In this document: positions 1 through 12,800 of the stretch, in pieces
Numbering within the stretch: the stretch's first letter is position 1
How the letters are laid out: the number at the start of each line of letters is the position of its first letter
Source of the DNA: Squalus acanthias
Taxonomy: Eukaryota
Reading direction: 5' to 3'
DNA length: 64,000 bases
NCBI GenBank assembly: GCA_030390025.1
Contig: CM059432.1
Coordinates: 34,660,001 to 34,724,000, forward strand
Program-made: the position numbers and the translations under genes
Notes under the pieces: generated by a model
Database searches by the model: none
Told to the model about the DNA's origin: nothing
The model's input: the letters and a program-made list of their open reading frames with translations, nothing else

Positions 1-645
1 TTCTCATTGATCGGAGGCACCATGGGTTTAAATTGTAATCCCAAGAACGTGCAATGCCATTCCATCAGCAAAATGCTCATTCCAACAGTGTTTAACGCTG
101 TCAGATTTCAGGTAATTTGCATACTGTTACCGGGCGCCCATGTGCTGCTGGTAGGGCAGGGGCAGAGCCCCTTTATGAGAAAACTGATTCCCAACCTTGA
201 CTCTTGTCTTTCACAGGGGCTTTTTTTTGTTGTTGAGTGTTTCAGGCCATTGCTACTACTTTGTATAGCTAATGTAGATGTAGTTGTAGATGTACAAGCC
301 ATTGTACTGGCCTGAGCAGCTCTTGTGGGCCCCTTCTGAGTTACTGAGATGCATCTCACAGTAGGAGGAACCAGAGGCAGGAGTAGCTATCCCACCAGTA
401 CTGCCTCCGCTTCTGACTTCAGCCTGTGAGGGGGAGCGGCACAATAGCTGTGTACCCGACCTCCCCACAGGAAATCCCAGCGATAGGTTTAATGGGGCAG
501 AGACCTGGCATAACCAGGCCCCGCCTCAAGACTCCTCCCGCCTTGATGATTTGGGGCTTGTTTGAGTTGCTGCTTGAGAGCTGTACTTGTCCTTGTTATA
601 TATTTCCCAACCTCTTGCTGTTCCCAGCTTCTGGTTTGGCCCTAC

Positions 646-816
646 CTTTCTGCTGGTGTAGTGGGCGTGTTTGCCCAGCTTGGAGTTCATGGTGTCCACC
701 AGTATAGTGTCTGTCACCTTCCCGACGTTCATACAGGCTTCATCCAGGATAGCGATGATTCCTTTGTGTGGCTGTTCGACCAGATCCACGATGATTTGAT
801 TGTTGAAGTAGTCAAT
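646..816 (-). CDS. MYO1G: Myosin I coding exon 11
   Basis: [57 protein letters not shown]; acceptor gcccAG, donor GTAGGG. Confidence 0.95.
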
Positions 817-3800
817 CTGGGCAATGAAAAGGCAGAAAGGAAAGAAGCTTTCAGTAGTCAGACATGAACCGCTCCGTCTTTGGGACACTTGTGTAATGCT
901 AATCCATGGAGCTAAGCCGGACATAGTAGAAGGGAGGAAGTGCAGTGGAAAGTCTTTGGGAGATTATTAGAGAAGATTAAGGAGTATGGAATTATGGGGC
1001 GGTTAGAAAATTGGATTAGAAATTGGTTAGAAGGGAGAAAACAAAAGTAGAAGTTAAGGGCAGTTTTTCCAGAGTAGCTCAAAATGGGTAATGGTGTTCA
1101 CAGGGATCAGTACTGGGACTACTTCTGTACACTCTGTATGTCAATGATTTGGATATAAGCCTAAAGGGGGGGTGTTGAAATTTGGAGATGATACCAAAAT
1201 AGGAGGTATATTTAATTCTTTAGAACACCAAAAGAAACTGCTAAGGGAAATTAATAAGATGGGAGGATGGGCTAAAATGTGGCAGATGGAATTCAATATT
1301 AGTAAGTGTGAGGGTAAATACCGACACGGACTGATTGGGCCAAAATGGCATGTTTTCACTTTGTAATTTCTATGTATAAGCTTGGTTCACCCATATGCAG
1401 GCAGGATTCCAGAGAGCCATTGATGATTAACTGACCAGTGTTGCTCATTGACGTGTCTTGGATGAATAGGCATGCCAATGGGGAGCTGGGAGTCTTCCCA
1501 CTGGGCTCCGGGTTACCCAAAGTAGCCTAGTCCTGTTCAACAAGCAGCAAGAAGCTTACCAGTGCTCGGTGTGGGTAATTTGCATGCATTTTCAGCTGGT
1601 TCATCTCCAGCTGTACCGCATGTGCACATTTGGGGGTGCCTCATGTTTTGGCTTTTGCCAATCCGTGCTAGTCTGTCTGGACTCAGCTAAGTGTGTTGTG
1701 CACATAAGCGGGGAAAGAGTGTGCACTCCATATCGAGCAAACAAATACTCGCAGTGTAGATTATCTCAGCAGTTTGGTCAGGGACTGTTGAAAGTTGTTG
1801 ATGGATTTCAGTGTGTCAGACAACCAGCTGATCAAAAACAAAAACTGTGAACGATGAGGGCATCTATACCTAATCTGGTCACTCAAAAATGTTTCAAATT
1901 GCATCCTTTTTGAAACAATTTATGGACTCTCCTTCCACAACGGTTTGAGGCAGAGAATCCCACATTCCCGCACACCTAGAGAGTTTCTACCCACCTCTTT
2001 AATTCTTTTGGTAATTATTTTAAATTTGTGACCTCTCGTTACCGTCACGCTGACTCACCGGCCTGAATTCTCCCCAGGTGACCCCGCCCAATTTTGGGTG
2101 GGATTGGAGCGGAAAATGTGGGCGAGGAGGCCTACCGCCAGCTCACAGCCCTGACCTGGATTTCTTTCCCTGCCATTCCCCCACCACTCCTGCTGGGACC
2201 ACCGCTCGTATGTCAATGGTGGTGGGGGCATTGGGGCACGGGTCTGTGGTGGGTCCACCCCACTTAACACTGCTTTTACCATGGGAAGGTAGCAAGAGGC
2301 CTTTGGAAGCGATTGTAACAGTTTAGTGAAGGGAGTGGGCCTTGTGATGAGATGCCGTGCTCCCCATCTTTGGGGCATCAAACTCCCCGACTGCCTATTG
2401 TGGTGCTGCAACACTGTTGGGATGTCACATCTAAGGCATCCTTCTAGGGGTTGCGAATACCACCAGGACTCCGGGAGACTGCCGTGCAGACTGGAAACTG
2501 GGTTGGGGTTCTGCATTGGAAACTGGGTTGGGGTTCCGGGGTGGGGGTGGGGGAAAGAATCCCGACCAATTTTTTCCTATTTACCCCATCATAGATCTTC
2601 ATAAACTTGAAGACCTCCATCAGGTCCACACTTAACCTTCTCAGCTCTGCGTTCTACAGATAAATCACTCCCCATTCTGCAGTGACTTACATGTTGCCAT
2701 TCGATGCCCTCCCTCTGGTACTCTGCTTGCTCCTGCCTCAGGATCAGCTCAATGAAGAGCTGTTGAAGCTTCTCGTTGCAGTAATTTATACAGAACTGTT
2801 CAAAACTGTGGAAAGATCATACCGAACTATTAGTACTTCCTTTCATATCTTTCCCTCACGGAGATCGATACCTGAGAGCAGCAACATCTAGCAAAAGACG
2901 GGAAGCTTCAGGAGCGGGACGCGAAGGCACGGGTGATGAGATGCAAAGCTTCCAAGACCACCTACTTGCAACTCCATATCACCCAACTCCATCCCTGTCT
3001 CAGCACATCTGCTGCTAAAACCCTCATCCATACTTTTGTTACCTTCAGATGACTATTCCAATGCTCTTCTGGTCAGCCTCCCATCTTCCACACTCCATCA
3101 ACTTGAGCTTATCCAAACTCTGTTGCCTCTATCCTAACTCGCACCAAGTCCCGTTCACCCATCGCTCGCTGACCTACATTGGCTCCCGGTCCCTGAATTC
3201 CTCAATTTTAAAATTCTCATCCTTACATTCAAATCCCTCGATAGCCTCGCCCCATCCTATCGCTGTAACTTCATCGAGCCCGACAACACTTTGATCAACT
3301 GATTCTTGTCTAAATACTCAGTTACTTTATCTCTGATGATAGATTCTAGTAACTTCCCCACAACTAATGTTAGACTGACAAGTCTGAAGTTTCCTGGTTT
3401 CTCTTTCCCTCCCTTCTTAAGTAATTTGCAATTTTCCAATCCAAAGGCACAATTCTTCATCTAGATAGCTTAAAAAAATTATGACCATTGCATCTGCAAT
3501 TTCATCACCTATTTCTTTTATTACCTTGGGGTGGAAGCCATCAGGTCCTGGAGATTTGTTTAACTTAAGCCCCATTATTTTCTCCATCACCAATTTTTTA
3601 CTTATATTAAATCCACCAAGTTCCTTCCCTTGACTTGTACCACTGGCATTTTGTCTTCTTCCTCCACTGTGAAAACGGATACAAACTACTCATTTAACAA
3701 GTCTGCCATTTCCTTATACATGTTCTAGAAATTAAAGTTAGTAAAGGATAGAAGACTAGCAAGGAAAACATCTGAGAAATCAATTTTTGTGATGATGAAG

Positions 3801-6800
3801 ATGTGAGTTAGGGTTTTGGCATCAGAGGGAGATGGATTTGGGCACAAGGGGCCAAAGTTCTGGAGGTTGAACAATTGCTGGTGACTGACCAGATTCGGAG
3901 CAAGATAATTATAATTGGATTAATAAATATATCCAAGGAAATTGTACAATGGAACCTCAATAATTCACCATGATGGAAGGGAATCAGTACAGAATGAAAA
4001 TCGGCAGATAAATGACATTTCCTGATACTTTGTTTCAAGCAGGGAGGATTTGGCTTTTGATTGGTCCACTTAGATGATGTCATCAAGATCCCAGAATAGT
4101 GAGATAAAACCAATGTTTCCTTTTTAAGAATGAGATGATTAGCCTCAATAGCCAAGTGCTAAGCTGTGACTCCACCACTTCTACCCCGGTCTACCTGACC
4201 TGTAACCCTGAACTCATGAACAAAACCCCGACTCCTGCTGGTCTCCCTGACCTGAGGCTACAACTCCTACACGCCTCCTGACCCAAAGCCTTGACCCCCT
4301 GATATCCTCTTGACCTAAATCCTGACTTCTGCTCATCACCTTGACCTAAACCCTGAATCTTGCTGGTCTCCCTGACCTGAAGCCCAATTCCTGCTGGTTC
4401 TTTCTGGTCTCCTGACCCGAAGCCCCGACCCCTGCTGGTCTCTCTCCTGAAGCCCTGACTCATGCTAGTCTCCTGACCTTAAACCCCAACTCCTGCTGGT
4501 CTCTCTTATAAAGCCCTGGTCTCATTAACTGAAAGTTCTAATTGCCAATGGTCTCTCCAACTTGTGAATTAAATTAAACCATCTGATACCTGGACAGAAA
4601 ATTAGATAATGCGAGTCCAGAATTCTTCGACTAGCAATCCCTGCGAGTGTCCGATCGTAGAATCAGCACCAATAGGCTCTGCTTTACCCCTGAAAGTTTT
4701 ATAAAGTCTGCTGTAATGCCCATTTATTCGCATGTAATGGGTAAAGTAACTATGCTCTGTACCTGTTGTTGTCAAAGATCTCAAATCCATAGATATCCAG
4801 CACTCCAATTACAGTGTTCTTGCCGTGAATGCGCGGGTCGTAACCCTTTACCGCGATGACTTCATTGATGCGGTTCACAATCCAACAAAACAGACGCTCG
4901 TAAATGGCCTGCAAAGGGAAAGAAGGTGGAGACAGAGCAACACTTGTTTACTTGAGAGGAAACACGGGAAGAAATTCATTATAGCCCAGGATTGGGCACT
5001 AATTTTTGAAAAGTTAGAGATTTAGCGGCAGGCGCTAACGATTCAGAGTGCACGCTAAATTAAGTGTAAGCGCTCAAAGAAAGGATGGGAGCGCTAAATC
5101 AAGCGCTAATGACCTAGCTCAGTGGCGTTAGACTCAAAGCACTAAGCAATTTCAGGTGCAGTCTAATCGTTGGTCATCATTGCCACAGGCTCTTTCCATT
5201 TCTTAAAGGGAAGGTTCAATCATGCTGCAGAACCTCATTCTCAGCATTGTTGGTTCTGCAGCTGTCTCAGCCAGCAGCAGAAGGCCAAGGAGAAGGAACC
5301 CGACCACTGAAGAAGGTGTCATTATGGCAGCTCAACGGCCCAGGGAGAGAGCTCGCAGATTCTGTGACCAAGCATTGGAGGCGTTGGTCTTCGCTGTGGA
5401 GAGACGGAGGGCGGTGCTCTACCCGGCAAATGGCAGGGGGCCCTCGCAGCAAGTCTCCCGTGCCATGTGGAGGGAGGTAGCCCAGCAGGTCTCGGGCAGC
5501 ACTGTGGTCCCCAGGACCCACACACGGTGCAGGAAGAAATTTAACAACCTCACTCGGGTGGTCAGGGTGAGTCAATGCTTCAACAAATGCTTCATACCAC
5601 CATCTGAACCTCAGTCTGCACACACTGCCCAAAGCACCAGACCCCCAGCACTCACCCACCAACAATCTCCACCTACCAACACTCACACCCACATCTCACA
5701 CCTTGCACACAATGACAGCTATTCAACTATGGCAGGCACATCTCCCAAACACATTGCTCCACACTCACTCACACACTTTCCTTTCTCTTGCAGGCCAAGG
5801 TGGCTCACAGCATGAGGGAGCAGGATCGCACAGGCGGGGGAACAACCTGACACCCAAACACTTTCTGAACTGGTGGAAAGAGTGCTGCAAATCATTGGGC
5901 GCCAGGTGGTGGGCGCTGTGGCCACCGGCGACATCGACCCCCTTGAGGACAACAATGGTATGTTCATCCCTACCCCTCCTTCTCACATCCCACTTCCCCC
6001 TCACCCTACAACCTTTTCGCACTTTCCAGCTAATCATGCTGTATGCATGCCTTTCTCCCTTCCTGCCCCCCTTCCCTAACCTTAACCTGACTCTTGTGCC
6101 TTTATGCTTTCAGATAATGAGCAAGCAGCTGAGCAGCCTGTCCCTGAGGGCACCATAGAGAGCGAGGCCGGAGAAGAGGAGGACGAAGAACACACCGCGT
6201 CACTGCATGTCTCACCCGCAGGCACCAGCTCAGATACTGGCACTACGCGTTCTTTAGAGGCTAGTATAGTAGCGGGATCTGCACAGGGTGAGGCACCAGG
6301 GACAAGCGGGCTGCAGCAAGGCCGGGGGGAAAGGGTACCTCGGGAGTTCTGCTGCACAGGACTCAGATGAGGACCTCGATGGGGAGGCCTTTAGAAGAAG
6401 GGTGATGGGCATACACACGGAGATGATAGGTGCAATGGCAACGGTGCCTGAGAGCCTCTCGGCAATGGTAAGGAGCGTGGAGGAGTCTGCCTCCAACATT
6501 GCGCAGAGCTCTGCGCACACCATGGGGCCCATCATTTGCAGTCTGCAGAGGATGGTGGACTCCCAGAGAGACCGTGCGGATCCAGACCTCATGCCGCGTG
6601 TGATGGGAGATATCGCAGCTTCCATTTCAGCACAGGCAGGAGCCACGCAGCGTCTTAGTGCTGTAATGCAGTCTATGATTGGTGCCATCGATTCTCAGAC
6701 TGCTCTCATGCAGTCTCAGCTTGATGCCACGCAAGCTCTGACTGCTGCCATCGTGGCTGGGTCTACCACCGTCCACCGGGGCTTTCACGGTGTCGCAGCA

Positions 6801-9800
6801 GGCCAGCAATCTGTGCTCCAACAGATTGCTAGGGATGCTGAGGTGCTGCCCCGGGGGAGTGGCAGTGGGTCAGTGGAGCAGGAACCTGCTGTCCTCTCTC
6901 AGGATGACAGCATTCCTGCTCCCACCACTGCCACTCCGCCATTGCTCATGTCGCTGCCTGTCATCCAGCCAGCCCAGACTGCTGCCAGGCTGTGTTGCAG
7001 TCTACAGCCGGGCCTTCCAGGCCCAGAGCTGGTCGAGGGCGTTCTGCAAGGCCATCTGAAGTCTCCCGCACGGACACTCAGCAGCCTTCCACCAGCCCTG
7101 CTGCAGCCACTGGGCCAACACTTCGTAGGAGCACGAGAGTAAGCAAAGGCACAGTAACGACAGGCACTAAGGGATTGCACAAGGGTGAATAGCTAATATT
7201 GTTGTTGTAAATATGTGTTCACTGATTATTGATAAATTTATTAATTGGCTTTGGATGATTTTGTGGTGTCTCTCAGCGATGGAATGATGGGGATGTGGTG
7301 ACCATGGGGATCTGGGATTTAATTTATGGAAAAGCCCTTCCAGAAGGACGATTGAGTGGCTGCCTCCTCCCTCGTTCCTGTTCCTCGTCTTCCTCTTCCT
7401 CTTCCTCCTCATCCTCTGCCTCTTCCTCCTCCTGAAATGGTCCCGCAATCCCTGGTGGCAAGGGCTGGGCCCTCATAATGGCCAAGTTGTGGAGCATGCA
7501 GCAGACTACAACGAAATGGGACATCCACTCAGCCAAGTACTGGAGGGCTCCTCCCGAGCGGTCAAGGCAATGGAACCGTTGCTTGATCACCCCGATGGTC
7601 TGCTCGATGATGTTCCTGGTGGCAGCATAGCTCTCATTATATGAGTGCTGAGTAGGAGTGTTGGGGTTGCGGAGGGGAGTCATGAGCCAGGGGGAGAGCG
7701 GATAGCCCTTGTATCCGACCAGCCAGCCGCGAGCTTGATGTGGCGTCTGGAAGAGTGCTGGCACACCGGTCCAGCACAGGATGAAGGCATTGTGGCTACT
7801 GCCAGGAAAGCGGGCATTCACATTGAGGATTCGCTGTGTGGTCGCACACCAACTGCACATTAAGTGAGTGGTAGCCTTTGTGGTTACGGAAGATCTCAGG
7901 ATTGTTATGCGCTGCCCGCAAAGCCACATGGGTGCAGTCAATGGCGCCCTGCACCATGGGGATTCCTGCTATCCTGGCAAAGCCACATGCACATTCATCC
8001 TGCTTCTCTCTGGTGATGGGGAAGGAAATGTAGTCCCTTCTCCGACTGTGACCTGCATGATTCAGCGATGTACGGCGAACTGCGAGATGTTAGCTACGTC
8101 TCCCATTGCAGACTGGAAGGATCCGCTGGCCAAGAAATTGAGGGCGACGGTGACTGCCACTGAGCCGTGGTCGACCTGATCTGAGGCTCGAGGTCTGGTT
8201 GCAGGAGGTGGCAGAGTTCTGTGACCACATCCTTGTTGAAGTGGAGCCTTCTAATGCACTGCTTCTTGCTTAATTGGAGGCAGGAGAAGTGCTCTCGGAA
8301 TACCCTCAGAGGGTAAGGCCTCCTGTTGAGAGCCCTGATGGCCCTCCTTCTCCCTCTGGCCACATCTTGCAATCTTTCTAGCTGCCTCCGCTCCCTCCAC
8401 AGTAGATCCTGGAGGGCGAGGTCGACTGACAGTACAGCCCCCATTAATGTAACGATGTGTAGCACTTTGATATCTTGTCAGAATAAATATCACAAATTTT
8501 TAGTATCCTGAAAGTAAAAAACCTTTAAATGACTGAATTAAACTCTCGCACAATCGTAAACTGACAAGGAAGCAGTGAAACAGCACGAACCTGACAGCTG
8601 CGACTGGTCCCTTTAAATATCGCCCCTGGAGCCGCCATCCACCTGATTCACACCTCCTCTTCCTGTCGTTGTTGGGGCGAGGTGCTAAGGCAGGGGGCGA
8701 TAATCAATTTTTCAGATCGGGCGCTCAGTGAGCGCTCACTGAAGTCACGATCTGCCTGGCGCTAAAGCCCCAGGCGCTAACTGTTAGCGGCGGTGCTAAG
8801 GGGTGACTGGATTTGGCGTGCGGCGCTGGATTCGCGTCGCCCCGGCGCTACTGCATTAGCGCCCCGGCCAGGCGCTAACGGGAGGTGCTAACCAACTGAA
8901 TTTCTCCCCCACAGCTTCTTATCTTCTTTTGCTTAAAACGAGTTCGATACAGAATAACTATCTCTCAACACTGTCCCATTAAACACTCCCAGGTCAGGTA
9001 CAGCACAGGCTGGATACAGAGTAAAGCTCCCTCTACGCTGACCCATGTAAGACACACAGGTCAGGTACAACAATTCTCTACCGAGATACCTGACATTCTC
9101 TCACCGTGTGATACCCAGCCTGTTCTCACCACGTGATACCCGGCCTGTTCTCACCACGTGATGCCCGGCCTGTTCTCACCACGTGATACCCGGCCTGTTC
9201 TCACCACGTGATACCCGGCCTGTTCTCACCACGTGATACCCGGCCTGTTCTCACCACGTGATACCCGGCCTGTTCTCACCACGTGATGCCCGGCCTGTTC
9301 TCACCACGTGATGCCTGGCCTGTTCTCACCACGTGATACCCGGCCTGTTCTCACCATGTGATACCTGGCCTGTTCTCACCATGTGATACCTGGCCTGTTT
9401 TCACCAGGTGATACCTGGCCTGTTCTCACCAGGTGATACCTGGCCTGTTTTCACCAGGTGATACCTGGCCTGTTTTCACCAGGAGATACCCGGCCTGTTT
9501 TCACCATTGGATACCTGGCCTGTTTTCACCATTGTAAGAATATCAATATGTTTTTCCATTACTTTTATTTCTAACAAAGGCAGAGCAGTAATGTGGACAG
9601 AACTGGTTTCAATCGTGTTCTCGAAAATCCTGTCTTTTCCCCTCAAATGATGCCGATAACATTGGAGAAGGATGAATTTCAGTACTGAGGACATTGTACT
9701 GCAAACATAGGCACATATAGATTATTAAATAAATAAGCAGGGCGGATAATATTGAGCTTAAAGAGTTGTTATGATTGGCCGAGCTCAGGGCAGTCTCTCA

Positions 9801-12800
9801 ATTAGATATGGTGTGGACAGTTTGGCAAGTCAGGCACAAGCTAAGACAAGTAATTGTTTGAACGTCGAATCTGGGACCAGCCAGCTCTGATTTGATAAGA
9901 TAGTAAAAGTGATAAAATTGTTCATCTCCGATATTGGACCAGTGATTAAATTAGAAGAGAATGTAGCCCAGTATCTGTATGGCATGGTGCTACATTCCTA
10001 ATGACTGGAGATCTTGTGGGTAAAACAAACCCCCTAATCGAGTTAGTGGAGATACTAGAAACTTAACTGGACCAGCCACATAAATACTGTGACAACAAGA
10101 GCAGGTCAGAGGCTGGGTATTCTGCGGCGAGTGTCTCACCTCCTGACTCCCCAAAGCCTTTCCACCATCTACAAGGCACAAGTCAGGAGTGTGATGGAAT
10201 ACTCGCCACTTGCCTGGATGAGTGCAGCTGCAGCAACACTCAAGAAGCTCGACACCATCCAGGACAAAGCAGCCCGCTTGATTGGCACCCCATCCACCAC
10301 CTTAAACATTCACTCCCTCCACCATCGGCGAACCGTGGCTGCAGTGTGTACCATCTACAAGATGCACTGCAGCAACTCGCCAAGGCTTCTTCGGCAGCAC
10401 CTCCCAAACCTGTGACCTCTTCCACCTAGAAGGACAAGGGCAGCAGGCACATGGAAACACCACCACCTCCAAGTTCCCCTCCAAGTCACACACCATCCTT
10501 ACTTGGAAGTATATCACCGTTCCTTCATCGTTGCTGGGTCAAAACCCTGGAACTCCCTCCCTAACAGCACTGTGGGAGTACCATCACCACACGGACTGCA
10601 GCGGTTCAAGAAGGCCCCTCACCACCACCTTCTCAAGGGCAACTAGGAATGGGCAATAAATGCTGGCCTTGCCAGCGACGCCCAGATCCCATGAACGAAT
10701 AAAAAAAAGGATATTTTGACCAAACTAAGTCTGCCGTAGTACAAAGATTATTTACTGTAGTCAGAGCACCGTCTGACACAAATAAAGGTTTTAAGAAAGA
10801 GTGTAAATGGTTTAAAGTTGTCTCCCAGAAGGTCAGGACTGAGACTGCTGTAATACACGGAGTGTTTACTGTGTCCAAAGCCCTGTTTGCACAGAATTAA
10901 GTGTTTCATGAATGAGTTAAAGGAAAAAGAAAATGATCAGCAACAGTTAGAAACAGAAGCACAGGAAAAGGAAATCCAACAATTTCATGATAAGATTGTT
11001 GACCAACAAGCAGCAGCAGCTTGTTCAGAATTGAATAAAGTTTCTGTAGTAAGGGAACGTCTCAAAACTGAGAGTGAAAAGGGACCGTGTGGGAGGTGTA
11101 AAGATGGTCTGGGAGTTGCAGGAGTGAGAGAGGCAGTTGTAATGATTTAGCAAACGAGAAATTTACGGGGACTTTTGCCGAGTTCCTCAGTGCCCCCTTC
11201 CTCGTGTACTCTGTGCCATTACACCCTGTCCTTTGTTTAACAGTGGCCATGATGCAGAGATGCTGGTGTTGGACTGGGGTGGACAAAAGTAAGAAGTCGC
11301 ACAACACCAGGTTATAGTCCAACAGTTTTATTTGAAATCACAAGCTTTCGGAGCTGCTGCTCCTTCGTCAGGTGAAGGAGGAGCAGCTCCGAAAGCTCGT
11401 GATTTCAAATAAAACTGTTGGACTATAACCTGGTGTTGTGCGACCTTCTTACTTTTGTTTAACAGAGAGGAAGCCAAGAAATGGTGCAAGAGGCTGAGGA
11501 GCTTGCATTCGTCCTATCGCAGCAAACAAAGGTTGTAAAGTAGTTATGTAATAATTCCTTTGTTAGATATGCGAAGAGTAAGAACAGATTTAGGAAGAGA
11601 AAGAAATTGCAATCCCACAGAAAACATCAGAGGTTAAAATTGTTGTGAGAACAGGATTGAAGTAAAAGACTCACACTTTCTTTTGTGATTCATGTACTGT
11701 CTCTTTAAATGTGTGTCCTATTTTCTGCTGTTTCATGCTGCAGTGTCTCAGAACTAAAAGCAGTTTAACCCTCTGTAGTCCCTGTTGTTGATGTTTGGAC
11801 TTCATATAAGCATTTTGATCATTGTCTTTTCTATGAGCATATGCTGTCTTAAGTTTGTTCATTGTTTTCTCTGTATATGTTTACAAATATGTGTTATTTT
11901 TATGATATTGAGTTCTTCTATTTTTGGATCTGAAAACTGAAGTTAACAGAGTGAGTGTCTGATCACATTATCAAATTAGAAATACTGGTTTTCTGTGGCT
12001 GGCCACTACAGACAGCCAATTATTTTAATTATGTTGATATTCATTGGGCGTACGATTTGGGATTATCACATAAAATTTGGCACATTTGAGTTACTCAACC
12101 CATAACAAAGTATCAATATTTTAAGGTGGATGAGAGTAAATAAGGCTTGCAAGATTGAGTTTGATTAAGGTACCTAGTGCTGTTATGAGAGCGTGAATGT
12201 GGTTGTTCAGAGTTTGTTCATTTCAATTTAAGCTTGTGCCTCCAGGAAGCGAGAGATTTAAGGAAAACCTTTGGTGCTTTCATAAAAGTGTTTGGTTTGA
12301 TACTTTTTAAATTTAAGACTAATGGAATGGATTTATTTACATTATACCACCGCTAAAATGCACAAAGAGTTTTAAATAAAAGTAAAAGCAGCTTTGGAGA
12401 ATTACAAAGTTACAGGTTGAACTATTTCAAAGCACTTTTTTTTTATTGACTTAGCAGCATATCTGGAACTGCTGTTGTGCTGGCCGACTCCTCCCCAACC
12501 CCAAGGGGTTTTCATAGTGAACGAGTAATTAGCTCCTTACTTCTATTTGCCACATTAAATTACTGAATATAAAGACATGGGGGGAGAATTCGTTATAGCC
12601 CAGGAATGGGCGCTAACTTCGGAAAAGTTTAAGATTTAGCGCCAGGCGCTAATCAATCTCGCTACACACAAAATTCAGTGTCATCGCTCAAAGAAAGGAT
12701 GGGAGCACTAAATCAAACGCTAACGGCCTAGCTCAGTAGCGTTAGACTCAAAGCACTAACCAATATCAGGTGCAGTCTAATCGCAAGTCATCATTGCCAC

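Larger units (their letters stand above)
4965..8910. mobile_element. PIF/Harbinger DNA transposon, family A, full-length defective copy 1
   Basis: TIRs (C)GGGAAGAAATTC ... GAATTTCTCCCCC; 3-bp TSD ACA (CAC if the ends shift by 1 bp); convergent Myb/SANT gene (+) and DDE transposase (-). Confidence 0.92.

Noticed and set aside
7324..8444. Domesticated HARBI1 / NAIF1-like host genes
   Set aside because: Multi-copy, TIR/TSD-bounded and disrupted, so these are transposon copies
10887..11150. Charged coiled-coil-like ORF as a host gene
   Set aside because: No splice context or recognisable family; more likely decayed retroelement sequence
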